Source: Magallana gigas | Taxonomy: Eukaryota | Direction of reading: 5' to 3' | DNA: 64,000 nucleotides | NCBI RefSeq assembly: GCF_963853765.1 | Contig: NC_088858.1 | Coordinates: 56,544,001 to 56,608,000 of the forward strand | Shown here: positions 43,937 to 56,973 of the stretch, one piece after another | How the letters are laid out: every line of letters starts with the position of its first letter | Position numbering within the stretch: the first letter of the stretch is position 1 | Made by a program: the position numbers and the translations under genes | The notes under the pieces: generated by a model | Told to the model about the DNA's origin: nothing | Database searches by the model: none | Seen by the model: only the letters and a program-made list of their open reading frames with translations

Positions 43937-44329
43937 ACGTCTGAATTTCATTTTTATCATTTAATGAAACAAATTAGAAACATTAAAAGGTATAGGAATG
44001 TACATCACTTATTTACATAATTATATAATTTTTGCAAATTTCGGATAATCGGCTTAAAAATTTACAGCGGCAATTTGAAACATACAGTAAGTTATATTTT
44101 ATGGTTCGAAAATTTATTTCAATGAATTTATTTTCACTTTTATGTAGTCAAAATTGATATTAGTTTTGTTTATATACCGTTTCGTTTCGTTTCGATTTTT
44201 GGTTTCGTTTCGTTTGATTTCGTTTCGTTTCGATTGATTTCGTTTCGTTTCGATTGGTTTCTTTTCGTTTCGTTCGATTTCGTTTCGTTTCGTTTCGTTT
44301 CGATTTCGTTTCGCACTTTACAGGCGCCC
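43064..44329. mobile_element. Mutator/Foldback-like near-complete palindrome (~520-560 bp arms)
   Basis: TIR GGGCGCCTGTAAAGTGCGAAACG; arms include (GAAAC)n and (AG)n; exact 9-bp TSD GTTTTGAAA; spacer ~43586-43766. Confidence 0.9.
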
Positions 44330-45319
44330 GTTTTGAAATAAGATTTAGAAAATTATCTCACCTTTTTCTCTTTCAAAACAAAATTAAAACTTTTCTACAT
44401 TTATTTTATGATCTAGGATATCTTAATTGTAAGCACGTCAAATGTTTTATCATAAATGGAATAAAAATGGTTTAGAATAACATCTTTTGGAATTAGACTG
44501 ATAATTTATCGATACTAGTAACTTATTGCATAAAAGCATCAACTTGTCAACCAGAAATCATGTTTTATCGAATAAAAATTATAATGTTTTACGTGCCATA
44601 ATTAAAGTACCTACATGTGCGAAACAAAATCATATTGAAACAAAAACTAATGGACTTATTCAATGAATTTGGGTCTCCCACTTGGTGTAAACTTTTTTTT
44701 TTATCTCACATAGAAGAAAGGGCGTAAGGGGTTCGGGGTTTTGGTTGTAGTGATTTAACTAGATCGCATAGAAATAAAAATTAAGTAGGGTTCAGGAATT
44801 TTTTTTTATAATTCGCTGTAAAATTTATGATAACCGGAAATGCACAAGCAAAATGACATACAGACGAACGAACGGACAGAGCTAGATTAATGTTCTCTAT
44901 TAAGAGTAAAAGCGGGGGAAAATATATAACTTGTACTTCCTTTGTACCTTATTGGGATGGCCCACATAGGTAACACCTGATGTCTATTAATTGTGCATTA
45001 TAAAACATGTCGAAATTTATATTATCACCCCCTTTCCCTTTCTCTCTCTCATACTTAACCCATGGCAGTTAAGGAGTTTTAACCTTTGTACCCCCTCCCA
45101 ATCTACATATACCGAAAATACCGATATATCTTTAATTAATGTCCACACAGATCAAGAGAATATATTATAAAAAGCAGGTAACCACAAAGCACATCTACCT
45201 TCCTATTTAATTAGCTTTGTTAACATGTCAGAGGCACACGCTGTGAGCTTTATATATTAACTATGACAACAACAGGTGTTTTTATTTTCAGTTTTACTTT
45301 CCTTTTTGTGATTTCCATC

Positions 45320-48300
45320 ATGGACACCAACTCATGGTCTCTCTCACCATATGCTAGCACCCATCCTCCCTCTTTCCAAAGAGTACCCCAGGGAAACCCT
45401 CAGTATGTGTCTCTGACCGACAACTTCCGATGCCCCGTGTGTCGGGGGGTTCTCCGTGAGGCCGTACAGACCCGCTGTGGACACAGGGCGTGCGCTCAGT
45501 GTGTCAGGGACCTTCTAGCGGGGAATCCCGGGGGAGTGGTCCCGTGCCCGGTCAGTGACGACACGTGTGTTGTTCTGAAGGAGGAGGAGGTCAGTTTTTA
45601 ACGCACATTATCAGATCAAATGCATACAGAAAACAAATGATAAAGACATTTTTTTCGTAACACTTCTAACAATTTAAGCATTTGTTTGAATTTTTTTAAA
45701 TGTTTAGAAGTATCCTATTTTGTATATTGCATGTATAATGAACTTGTTACCGGCATATTATTTAAGGAATAAGGAATCATTCTATGAGTATTACATGTAC
45801 ATGTATGAGGTGATAATTTCGGTCTGAGGGCATGGTCAAATCCAATGAAGCCCTTTATAATAGATTTGACCAATGCAAGCTTTGAGAAAAAAGCACAAAT
45901 ACTTTTTCAAACAAGTACTAAAGAGACAATATAATTGAATTAATGCTCTGCTTAAAACAAAACGTATTATACCCTGCAGGTGTCACTACAGTATTAAATT
46001 TTACTATATATTCTTACCAAAATTGCACAACTTTAGATACAGATTAAAAATTCAAATCGAACTTCTGGAAAAAATCCTCTTGACATCTTTTTAAACAACG
46101 CTTCATTTACAATTTTCTAGCAAAATACACACGTGCATCCAGCAAGGCGTGAGACTTTGTTTACCTCGAAGTTACACATGTGCTTGAAAATCAAGCTCGG
46201 GCCTTTTCACCCCCCTCCGGAAACAACACGCATCAAAAATTCAAATGACCTCGCATTATTACAAAAATGGGATAGTTAGACCTCTTTCACATTGTTTTTC
46301 ATCTCATAAACAAAATCAGCTCCTGTCGCGTGCGGAACCGCCCCGAATTCAAAGAAAAATTCGGAATTAGTTTGGCTCAGCCATGTTTTGACGTGAACCT
46401 TCAGTGAAATACTGTTATGACACCAACAATAACAGTTTCCCTGAGGCTTTTATCGCTATCTAAGGGGACAATAAATATTCTATTGTTCGGAAAGCCAATT
46501 TTTTATTATTCCGAAGCAGTGATTGAAACTTGCGCTCCCTATGAAATATACGCAACGCTTATAAACTTTGCTAAACAACAGCAGATCATAAAACAAATGC
46601 ACCTTCTTTACTTAGTAGTAAACGTTTTTGAGATATTTGTCTGGTCCACTGAGTGAAGCACCATTTTCATTCGAAAATAATTTCATTCTTATTTCAAATA
46701 CGTCATATTTTGATTTGAAAAAAAATACCAGTAAAATTCATATAATATTCTTTAAAACTGTGCAATATGAAGAAAGTTTTGAAAACTCTTCCTAGACCGA
46801 GGCATTTAATCAGTGTTATCTGCTTAAGTAAAAAATACAACGAACCATACTTCAGTACGTACGTTTGTAAAGTGATCGTCCCTAATACATTTATATATCG
46901 AGAAAACGAGAATGGTAAAAGTGATTAACCCTGTCTTATTCCATATATGAAAGAAAATATAAACTGACAGATATAGTGGTGTCGAAATACCAACAACTAT
47001 AACGAAAAAAAAATAGTTTAATAAGTTAAACGAAAGCAGGCTTTGAATTTAGCGTAGCAATTTAAACAAAAGCAGAAACATGAGGAAATTAGAATGTTTC
47101 CAGTGAAATGTTTCGTACATATGATTCAGACGGGGAATGTCAATGGTTATTTAGATAGTCTAGATAAAAAAAATATCGGGTTTATTATTCAAAGTAAGTG
47201 GAAATATATTCAGAGGCACAAAGAATGCTATAATAGCCAAAGTATTCGGGAATGAAGAAGTCCTTAATCACTTTTGTATCATCAATTCAAAAAATATATA
47301 TAGATTCACAGAGATGTCAGCATGAGGAGAGAGATCCTCAAGTTAGAAGTGTACTGCAACTTCCGGAATGAAGGGTGTCGGGAGATTCTTCCGTGGAATG
47401 CACTAGAGGTAAACCGATGAATTATACATATATTTATCATAGAAAAGCAATTGCAAATAAACACTGCCTTACTTAATGTAAATTTACTTATCAACAGAAA
47501 CAAATCTATTTTTTAATCACACTGATTATATTCTAGTTTCACCTGAAGTCGTGTGAGTTTAGAGCCACCCCCTGCCTCTTTATGAGCTCGGGATGTCCGG
47601 TCGTGACCCCCCACAGAGACAAGGAGGGTCATGCTGACCAGTGTGAATACCGACCAGTCACGTGCACTCATTGTTCTCAACAGCAAACCTTCAGATCTCT
47701 AAAGGTAACACTGAATGATAGAACCATACAATCTAAAAGTAACATTGAATGATACCACTATGTAACCTTAAGGTAACAGTCAATGATACCACCATGTGAC
47801 CTAAAGATTACATCGAATGATACCACCGTGTAGCCTAAGGGTAAAAGTAAATGAAACCACCATGTGACCTAAAGGTAACATTGAATGATACCAATGTGTA
47901 TCCTTAAGGTAACAATCAATGTTGTTTTACTTTCATGTTAAATACTGAAATCTGATTGGTTTAGATGCAGTTCATAATCTGTTCTATTACCCTCAGCGTT
48001 AGCAACGCGAATTATTACATGCGCGAAAATCATGCGCGTAGGGTTCGCCTTAGAATTCACGTTATTCCTATCTAAAAGCAGTGATGTTTTCTTTAAAATT
48101 AAGACATTCGGTTTAACAAAATAAATAGGGCCTGTTTGGGAGGATAACAGTTGAAATTGACACCCCTCGAAAACCATTGTCAACCTCCGCTTTGCATCGG
48201 TTGACAATGGTTTTCTCGGGGTGTCAATTTCTACTGTTACCCTCCCAAACAGGCACTATTTATATAATACCATCCAGTAACCTTAAGGTAACTGTAAATG

Positions 48301-49961
48301 AAGCCTCTATGAAACGAAAAGGTAACAGTGAATGATACCAACGTGTAACCTAAAGGTAACGTTGAATGATACCACTATGTATCAAAAAGGTTACATTGAA
48401 TGATACCACCATGATATGACCTAATAGTAGTACTGAATGATACCACCAGTTAACATAAAGGTAACACTGAATAGAAACCTCCAAGTGACCTGAAGGTAAC
48501 ACTGAATGATACCACCATGTAATCTAAATGTAGCAATCAATGATACCATCATGTGACCTAAAATTAACATTGAATGATACCACCATGTAACCTAATTGTA
48601 GCAATCAATGATACCATCATGTGACCTAAAATTAACATTGAATGATACCACCGTGTAACCTTAAGGTAACAATCAATGATACCATCATGTGACCTAAAAT
48701 TAACATTGAATGATACCACCGTGTAACCTTAAGGTAACAATCAATGATACCATCATGTGACCTAAAATTAACATTGAATGATACCACCGTGTAACCTTAA
48801 GGTAACAATCAATGATACCATCATGTGACCTAAAATTAACATTGAATGATACCACCGTGTAACCTTAAGGTAACAATCAATGATACCATCATGTGACCTA
48901 AAATTAACATTGAATGATACCACCGTGTAACCTTAAGGTAACATTTACTGACTACACAGAGACTGACACCATTTGTTGGGCGTGCATTACTGTTATAATA
49001 GAAAAACCTTGTCAATAATTTTTTCCCGAAAAGCATTACCAAACCTTTATGAACCCCCCCACCCCCCCAACAAAAAACCCCCCACAAAAACAACTTATAT
49101 AAAGAGCGTCGTTATAAGAAAAGAAGCTACCGTTGTTTTGGTTAATACTATAGTTAGTTTGCAACAACTTTTTGCGATTGCTATACTTTTTTGACCCATC
49201 GAAAAAAAAACAACGACAGTTTTTTTCAATTTAATGATATTATGGTCAATTCAACATTCACTTATAAATTTTCTGGGTATTGCTAATAAATAGCGATACA
49301 CTATTTGTTGAAAAAGTGTTAAAACAGTGTAAGTGATCATAGAGTTTGATTCATGGTCTCACATTTTTGGTGTTCTAGCGATGCTTGATTCGCGTTTTTG
49401 TTATGGTCGAGTCCATTGAATAAAAATGGGATGCTTGATTTGAGTATATATCAATTAGTGTTATATTATTCTTACTTAAAACAATGTAAGGAGTATATCC
49501 AAATGTACCGCTGTTACTACCATCATAATTATTTTAATTTTTATGATTAATTCATTTCAATTAAGGACAAGTTATGTTCTAATTCAAAATTAACATATAC
49601 AGTGTCATATGTCGCTATTTTTGAGTTAAACTATCACAATTCTAATATAGTCATTGTAAACTGTTTGATTGTAATAATTATCAAATCAAAAGTTTGATAG
49701 TTAATGTTATTTTGATATATATTAAATATAACATATTATCCCTCCTATCATTGATTCAGAGTCATGAGGAAACCGAATGCCCCCGTGTGGTTGTCCAGTG
49801 TCCAAATAGCTGTGGATCAGAATCTTGCCCCAGACAAAAGGTAACACACGTACTATATTATAGAACATCCGTTTAGTAGAGATAAATGAAATCAAAGTAC
49901 TGAAGTACTGAAAGCCGGGCTCTTTTGGTGTGTCTTTATGCATATTGTGTAGTAAAGACTG

Positions 49962-50029
<68 letters not shown>

Positions 50030-53000
50030 GCTTTTAATGTCGGCAAAGCATCAGAGAGCGACCAAATTTTGTAAGCGGCTATAAACAAAAAATATGTCTG
50101 TCTAGTAGAAGTTAAAAAGTTTAACAGTTGCTGCCTTGAATTTTGCAACAAGCATTATATATTCAATCCCCGTTTCTTCATCGCGCAGCAAAGTAGTTCA
50201 TGGAAATTCATGCGCATTGTATGTGTCCAAAATGCATAGTAAAAATGTTTTAAAAGCACGTTATTAATAAGAAAACTAAAAAAGATAGAAAATTCATTCG
50301 AAATTTAAAAAAAAGAAACAAAATGCCAACACTTTTGACAAAACGTGGCTCTTTGTGTAACTATTTGGTATAGCGGAAGCTTTACCTTGACGCTGTTTGG
50401 TTTTTTGTTTATTTGTGCTATTTATAGTAACATTGGTGATTTATAGAGGCAGGACGCGCGCCTGTTTAGCAGATGATATATAGACAAAAGGACACGCCCT
50501 AAACATGTATAATGTTGGAAATAACTAAATATATATATTTTGTAGATGGAAATTCACATAGAGAAAGAATGTCCAAAAAGACCACAAGTGTGCAAGTATC
50601 AAACAATGGGATGTGTGTTCACAGTATGTATCAAACCAGGGGTGGTTTTTACTCCGTATGTATAAATCAGCAATATTCTAATAACAATAGGATGTCTTTA
50701 CACAGTATGTATACAACCAGGGGTGGTTTCTACTCCGAAGGTGTAAATCAACACTTAAATAACATTTGTACATCAGCACTAATTTATCTCCACATAATGA
50801 ATTCGACCATCGCGTGTACCTACAGGGTGAGTGGTTTTGTCAACTGTAGTTAATCCAACGCCTTAAATCCGTGAAATTCAAGAGAGATCGATGTAAAAAT
50901 CGTTAGTGACTTGGAGCTTGCTTAAAACAAATCTAGAATAAGACAAGTTTTACGAAACTAATTAAAGGATCAGAAGATATATACTTTGGGAGATATTTTT
51001 TGGGAGTTGATTTTAATCAACTCTCCTATGCAGTTACTCAGACAAACCGAAAGTGAAACAGTGTTTGGACCTCAGCACAAATCATTGCTGCTGACAAGAC
51101 GTAGTTCTTGAAAATAATTGATAAATTCGATGTAATGTATGCTGAAGCATTGTTTTTCAAGGAAACTCATTTATAAATACCTTGAAAATAGTCAGATTTT
51201 AAATGGTACGAACAATTTAAATATGTATTGTCTTCGTATGTATTCAAACGCCATAGTTCAATATGTTCTCGTTCAACTCGACGCTCGGCTGTCTCCGTAA
51301 ATCCTTGTCAGAGATTTACGGTGTCAGCCGAGCGTTTGGTTGAACGAGACTATAGAGTTCAATATTGCTTGCATCCATGCAATTTTCGAGAAATATTTCT
51401 ATTACTGATACATAGTTTGATTGAATTAATTTTATCTTTGAATTTTATTTAACATTATTTATATGGGGGTTTCTCGACATTCTTGTCGAAAAAGTACAAA
51501 AATTCATTTATAAAAATGTGCGTAATTCAAATTAGAAACTACATGTACTTGTCATGCAAAATAACATATCAGTGATTTTAAAATAAATAAACATCGACAA
51601 AATCAACTCCCATCAGTTCTTCAGTACTTTGATTATTTAAGGGTGAAGAGGCGGACCTGTTGAGGCACACAGAGGTTTCCCGGGATAACCACGCCTACCT
51701 GACGGCGCAACATTCACATCAGGTCGCACTTGACACGGCAGGGTGTCGAAAAGATATCCAAGTATGTAAAAAACTCCAGAAGGTTAAATAAAAATACTGA
51801 GAGTAAATTTTCATGACTTTTGTGTGGCTCCATGTAAAATCCTCAATATGTTGATTTGTGTAATCGTCAATATAGAATTAACGGTTTTTCTTGATCATGA
51901 CTGGCATCATAAGCTTATTATATGTATATATAATTATTCCTCTTCATTAGGAAATCAACTCCAGTTTACAAAGTCTGACGGAAAGAATGACTGATCAGTC
52001 CAGACAAATGGAGTCATTAATAAGCGCACTCGACGGATTCAAACACACACTTAAAACCATCAAAGTAAGCACAGTTGAACAATACTATGCATGTCAAACA
52101 TTGCAATATTATGGCATGTCAAATATTGCAATATTCGATTTTTCCATTTGTATTGTATAAATATTCATTTGTGTTGTATAATTTTCACTTGTATTGTATA
52201 ATTTTCAATTTGTATTGTATAATTTTCAATTTGTATTGTATAATTTTCCATTCGCATTGTATGAATTTCATTTGTATTGTATAATTTTTTATTTGTATTC
52301 TATAATTTTCCATTTGCATTGTATAATTTTCATTTGTATTCTATGATTATTAATTTGTATTATATAATTTTCCATTTGTATTCTATAATTTTAATTTGTA
52401 CTGAATAGTTTTCCATTTCCATTACTGTATAATTTTCCATTTGCATTGTATACATTTCATTTATATTGTATAATTTTCTATTTGAATTGTAAAATTTTTC
52501 ATTTGTATTTTATAATTTTTAATTTACATTGTATGAATTTCATTTGTATTGTATAATTTTTTATATGTATTCTAAAATTTTCCATTTTATTCTATAATTT
52601 TCATTTGTATTCTATAATTTTTCATTTGTATTGTATAATTTTCCATTTGTATTCTATAATTTGTTTTAAGTAATACAAATGGAAAATTAAAGAATGCAAA
52701 TGAAAAATTATACAATACAAATAAAAAATTGTACAATACAAATAGAAAATTATGAAATACAAATGAAAATTATACAATGCAAATGGAAAATTATACAATA
52801 CAAATAGAAAATTGTACCATACAAATGAAAAATATACTACACAAATTGAAAATTATACAAAACAAATAGAAAATTATACAATACAAATAGAAAATTCAAA
52901 TGGAAATTAGGCTCTACAAATTGAAAATTATAGAATACAAATGGAAATTTATAGAATACAAATTGAAAGTTATACAATACAAATGAATAGTTATACAATA

Positions 53001-56000
53001 CAAACGGAAAAGATCGAATATTGCGAAGTTTGACATGCCATACAATACATACAACTTAATAGAGAGTTTTATTTAGTATAAGGTATACACATTTTTTAAA
53101 AAAACCTACTAACGAGGGACCACATTACAAAATATACACATTTTTTATTTAAAGCTATACACGCTATAATTTACGTCAATTTTGAATGACAGTGAAAACG
53201 CATGTGTTTGTCTACTTATAAAAGTTATCCTTAATCTGTAAATTACAATGGTGAATTCCATCTCGTTACAAAGATATAGATTTTTAATTGTTTATTTTCC
53301 TGCCAGGAAAATATACCTTTTCATGAATATTGATGAAGGAAGAGCAAACCGACCTCACTGCACATGTCCGCGGAGACCTAGGTGGTCGTTATTGTTTGCC
53401 TAATTAAATATCCAACTTGATTTTTAATATGCTTAACAGTTGTTAATTTGAAATACATACATGTATAATGAGTAAAATACGTTTGTCATTCACGATACCC
53501 TTACTTCTGCATTAACACTTATAGGATCTATAAATAGCACATAGGGGAAAACACAGGTCTACGTCATTTTTTTAAAGGAAGTATTCATATCTACTCACAG
53601 GCTTGTAGTTTTTTTCTTTTGTTTGTACTCGTATATCGGACACATTTATGCTTTACTGAAAATATCCTTTCCTTTGTGAAACTATCACAATTATGAAGAT
53701 GTTTACCCTTCACCAGTTTTGGAATGATAGACTAAATTTAGCTGTCGATATCACGTGATAGATTGATATTCACGAGGAGGCATTACTTTCCTGGCAGGAA
53801 AATAAATATTTTTTATTGTTTAATATTTGATATATTTGTTACGTGATCGAATTGAGCATTATAATTAACAGCATAAAGGTAACTTTTATTAGTAATCAAA
53901 CACATACACTTTCCCCTTTATTCAAACTTGACGCAAATTATAGCGTGTATAGCTTTAAGGAACTCACTAAAGAAAAATATATACTACCATAAAGTAGGCA
54001 TTATATTGATTGTGGAATCTAATTGGAGAGGCATGTACTACATAAAGTATATAGGTTACTTATATAAAGTTCTCATTAATTTAAATGTAATGTAAAATAT
54101 ATACACTTTACTGACTGGGGGATTTCCCCAAGGGACATGTACAGTAAAAGATATACGAATTACTTATTTTTAAAACTCACTTAAGCTGTGCTTATGGTAT
54201 AAATTGCACTGCATGTAAACCAATTAATTATTAGCTAGGAAGCTCATTATAAAGATAAGTACACCCATAGTTTTTCTTTATATACTGTGGAATCATCTTC
54301 GTTCATGGGGGGGGGGGGGGGGCATTTTTCATGGCTTTCACGGGTAACCCTTTCTCACGAATTTATACCCCCTCGAACACATATACAAACATTTGTTTAA
54401 TATTCATTGTATTTATGCCTAATTTACAAACCCATGAACCAGAAAAAATTGGTTGCCCACGAATATTGACTCCCACGGATGTGAAATTATTCCATATTAC
54501 TAGTTAGCTTGGTTTGAATCTTCGGTTTCGTGATGATAATATTATGCAATTTGTTATAATATATTTCAGATAAAAGCAGTTTCACAAACAGAAAGACTGA
54601 TAACCTTAGAGAGGAGAGTTGACAACATGGCAGATAGAGAGCTGGTAGAGAAGCAGGGGAGGAGCGTGATGTTACTGACAGAGAGACAGGAGACACTGGA
54701 ACAGCGTGTCACTCACCTAGAGAGGGCGGGGCCATCAGGCGGAGAGGGCGGAGCTTGTGAGTGTTTAAACAGTGAAATAAAAAATTAACAAGATTTTAGC
54801 GAAATAAAAACTGTTCATCGATTGAACGGACACAGTAAAAATAACAGCCTTATCTTTGTATATGTAAACTGTTGTTGTGTCATTTAAAATATGTTTAAGA
54901 ATAATTTTAAACAAATTATGGAAAAATTGTTTAATGTAAATGATAATAATATGATTCATTATAAGATAAGAATATTCTTTATTTCCTCCAAATTAACGAA
55001 GTGTTATGTTTAATATAAATGATAGTAACATGGTTTATTATTTATTTTGATATGAATATGATAAAACATAAAAATAGAATCATTGTTCAGATACAGAAAT
55101 CAAACTTATTTGAGAAGGGACCTACCTTGAATTTGAAAATTGGGAAATTAATTATAGACGTTCATCAGCAACAATCTGTGGAATTTGTTAACAAGGCATT
55201 ATGTGTTATTATATATGTTTTATTATATTTATCACTGCGTGCATAATAATGTTTTCATGTACCTATATGTATATACTAGAAAATGAATTATGATTTCAAT
55301 TGAAATTCATATGTATGTATAAGCTATCTATGACCACAATTTTGTAAATTGTTTAATATAAAATAAATAAAAGAAAAAAACCCCAAAAACACCAGAAAAC
55401 AAGGCATTGATCAAACTAATACCAATTTATATTTTTTTTATCTTTACAAACTTTTATAAATAACCATTTTAAAATATTTGAGTCAAAAGTTAAACCTCTT
55501 TGTGCATACATTCAACTTTTAGTGGTAAACAGCATTTTAATTTTTTTTTGTCTTCACATTTTCACTTGGCATGTGTTGGCATCTTTCTCTGTGTTTTTAT
55601 TGAATGTTTAATAATCCTAAAAGTAATATACATTAACAGAAAAATACATAAGCTGGTGCTATACTTTCGTATCATCTTCTGATGTCTTCCGTTCTTACTA
55701 GGTGACTTTTTCTTCCAGGTCAGCCTCGAGGAGAGAACGACCAACGCCTAGCCTTACTGGATGCTAGATTTGCGGATATTGACCTACGAATGCAGGTTAT
55801 AGAGACAGTGAATTACAGTGGGGTCTTGATGTGGAAGATAAGAGACTACACCCAAAGAAAGCAAGACGCAAAGGCAGGGAAGACAACCTCTCTGTACAGC
55901 CAACCTTTCTACACAGGACCGTTCGGGTACAAGATGTGTGCACGTGTTTATCTAAATGGGGACGGGATGGGTAAAGGAACACACCTGTCTCTATTCTTTG

Positions 56001-56281
56001 TCGTTCAGAAAGGTGAATATGATGCCCTGTTGCCCTGGCCATTCAAACAGAAAGTGACGCTGATGTTATTGGATCAGCAGAATGGATCGCGCCATGTCGT
56101 GGATTCTTTCAGACCGGATACCACAAGCTCTAGCTACCAACGACCGGTGACGGAAATGAACATAGCTTCCGGGTGTCCATTGTTTATAAGTCACGTGGTG
56201 TTGGAGACTCCGACCTATCTAAGAGATGACACGATCTTTATTAAAGTTGTAGTCGACAGTGAAGGTCTTAAACAGCACTAG
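45320..56281 (+). CDS. TRAF3: TNF receptor-associated factor 3 (RING, TRAF zinc fingers, coiled coil, MATH); 561 aa
   Basis: Exons 45320-45589, 47304-47408, 47537-47704, 49760-49840, 50546-50623, 51642-51761, 51951-52064, 54570-54756, 55719-56281 (1686 nt, phases consistent). RING CPVC...CGH..C..C...CP; MATH SLYSQPFYTGPFGYKMCARVYLNGDGMGKGTHLSLFFV, LLPWPFKQKVTLML and EMNIASGCP match my recall of TRAF3 better than TRAF2 or TRAF6. Confidence 0.93.
47702..48945 (+). repeat. ~31-bp minisatellite seeded from the TRAF3 donor (AAG|GTAACACTGAATGATACCACCATGTGACCT)
   Basis: The first unit overlaps the end of exon 47537-47704; the distal part is homogenised as a ~61-bp dimer; interrupted by hairpin element copy C. 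Confidence 0.9.
47922..48268 (+). mobile_element. Long-hairpin element, copy C
   Basis: Same termini and palindrome as copy B; splits a minisatellite unit (AATCAATG / ATACCATC) with no duplication. Confidence 0.88.
49965..50027. repeat. (TC)n microsatellite
   Basis: Pure dinucleotide run; a shorter (AG)n run lies at ~3190-3216. Confidence 0.95.
52086..53042. mobile_element. IS3EU-like non-autonomous foldback element with ~20-bp satellite arms
   Basis: TATG(G)CATGTCAAA...TTTGACATGCCATA termini; 6-bp TSD CAATAC on both flanks; arms of ATTTGTATTGTATAATTTTC in opposite orientation; the left terminal ~24 bp is duplicated. Confidence 0.85.
53153..53954. mobile_element. Kolobok-like MITE with long imperfect TIRs
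   Basis: TTAA|AGCTATACACGCTATAATTT ... AAATTATAGCGTGTATAGCT|TTAA; inverted similarity extends ~160 bp (CCTGCCAGGAAA / TTTCCTGGCAGG). Confidence 0.8.
54283..54497. mobile_element. Tc1/mariner-type MITE
   Basis: TA+CTGTGGAATCAT left end, degenerate AATTATTCCATAT+TA right end, internal poly-G and CCCACGAA motifs. Confidence 0.45.
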
Positions 56282-56917
56282 AGTGGAGTGAAAGTCGACT
56301 GAGTGTTATATGTTCTTATTGCAGTGTTGCTTACTTGTGGACTCTTTAATCCCCTTGTCTCCTTTAAAACTTGAAATAAAGATTATCAAATATTGTGTTA
56401 TCTTTTCATTCTACGTATTCTATATGTATGGATGGTTACAAAAATTAATAAATCGTCACGTTTTTGTTTTTACAATTATTTTTTTTTTTTACAAAACCTA
56501 ACAAGAATTTATCATACTATTAGTGTAAAACCTGTACTTTTAGCAAAAACAAAATATTACTTATCACATTACCTAATCACCATAAATTATTTGGTGCTTA
56601 TACTTGATCATGGATTGTATTGCTTGCAAATTTTGAATCAATATCCAATGGCACACGGTTGTCATTCATGTTTTTAAAACAATGTTATTCATATTTTTTA
56701 ATAATGTTTCTCAGTTTTCATAAATAAAGATGAAGTTGGAAAAATGCATTAAGATTTCTTCTTTTTGATAAGTTTAATTACCTAACTATCCCCAAAGGAT
56801 GTACGCTGCAGAAGTACATGTAGACCTTAGGTAATCTATGTTTGAATCATTAATAAAAAATGAGATATAACCTCCTGAGTAGTTGGTGAAATGAAGCATG
56901 TAGGCGTTGTAAAGGCT

Positions 56918-56925
56918 TATATATA
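56918..56925 (+). promoter_or_regulatory. TATA box of the CAP-domain gene
   Basis: TATATATA about 50 bp upstream of the first ATG at 56974. Confidence 0.5.
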
Positions 56926-56973
56926 GAGACACACCTTGACATCGCCTTATCGCCCGTTCACCTGCTGATCTCC

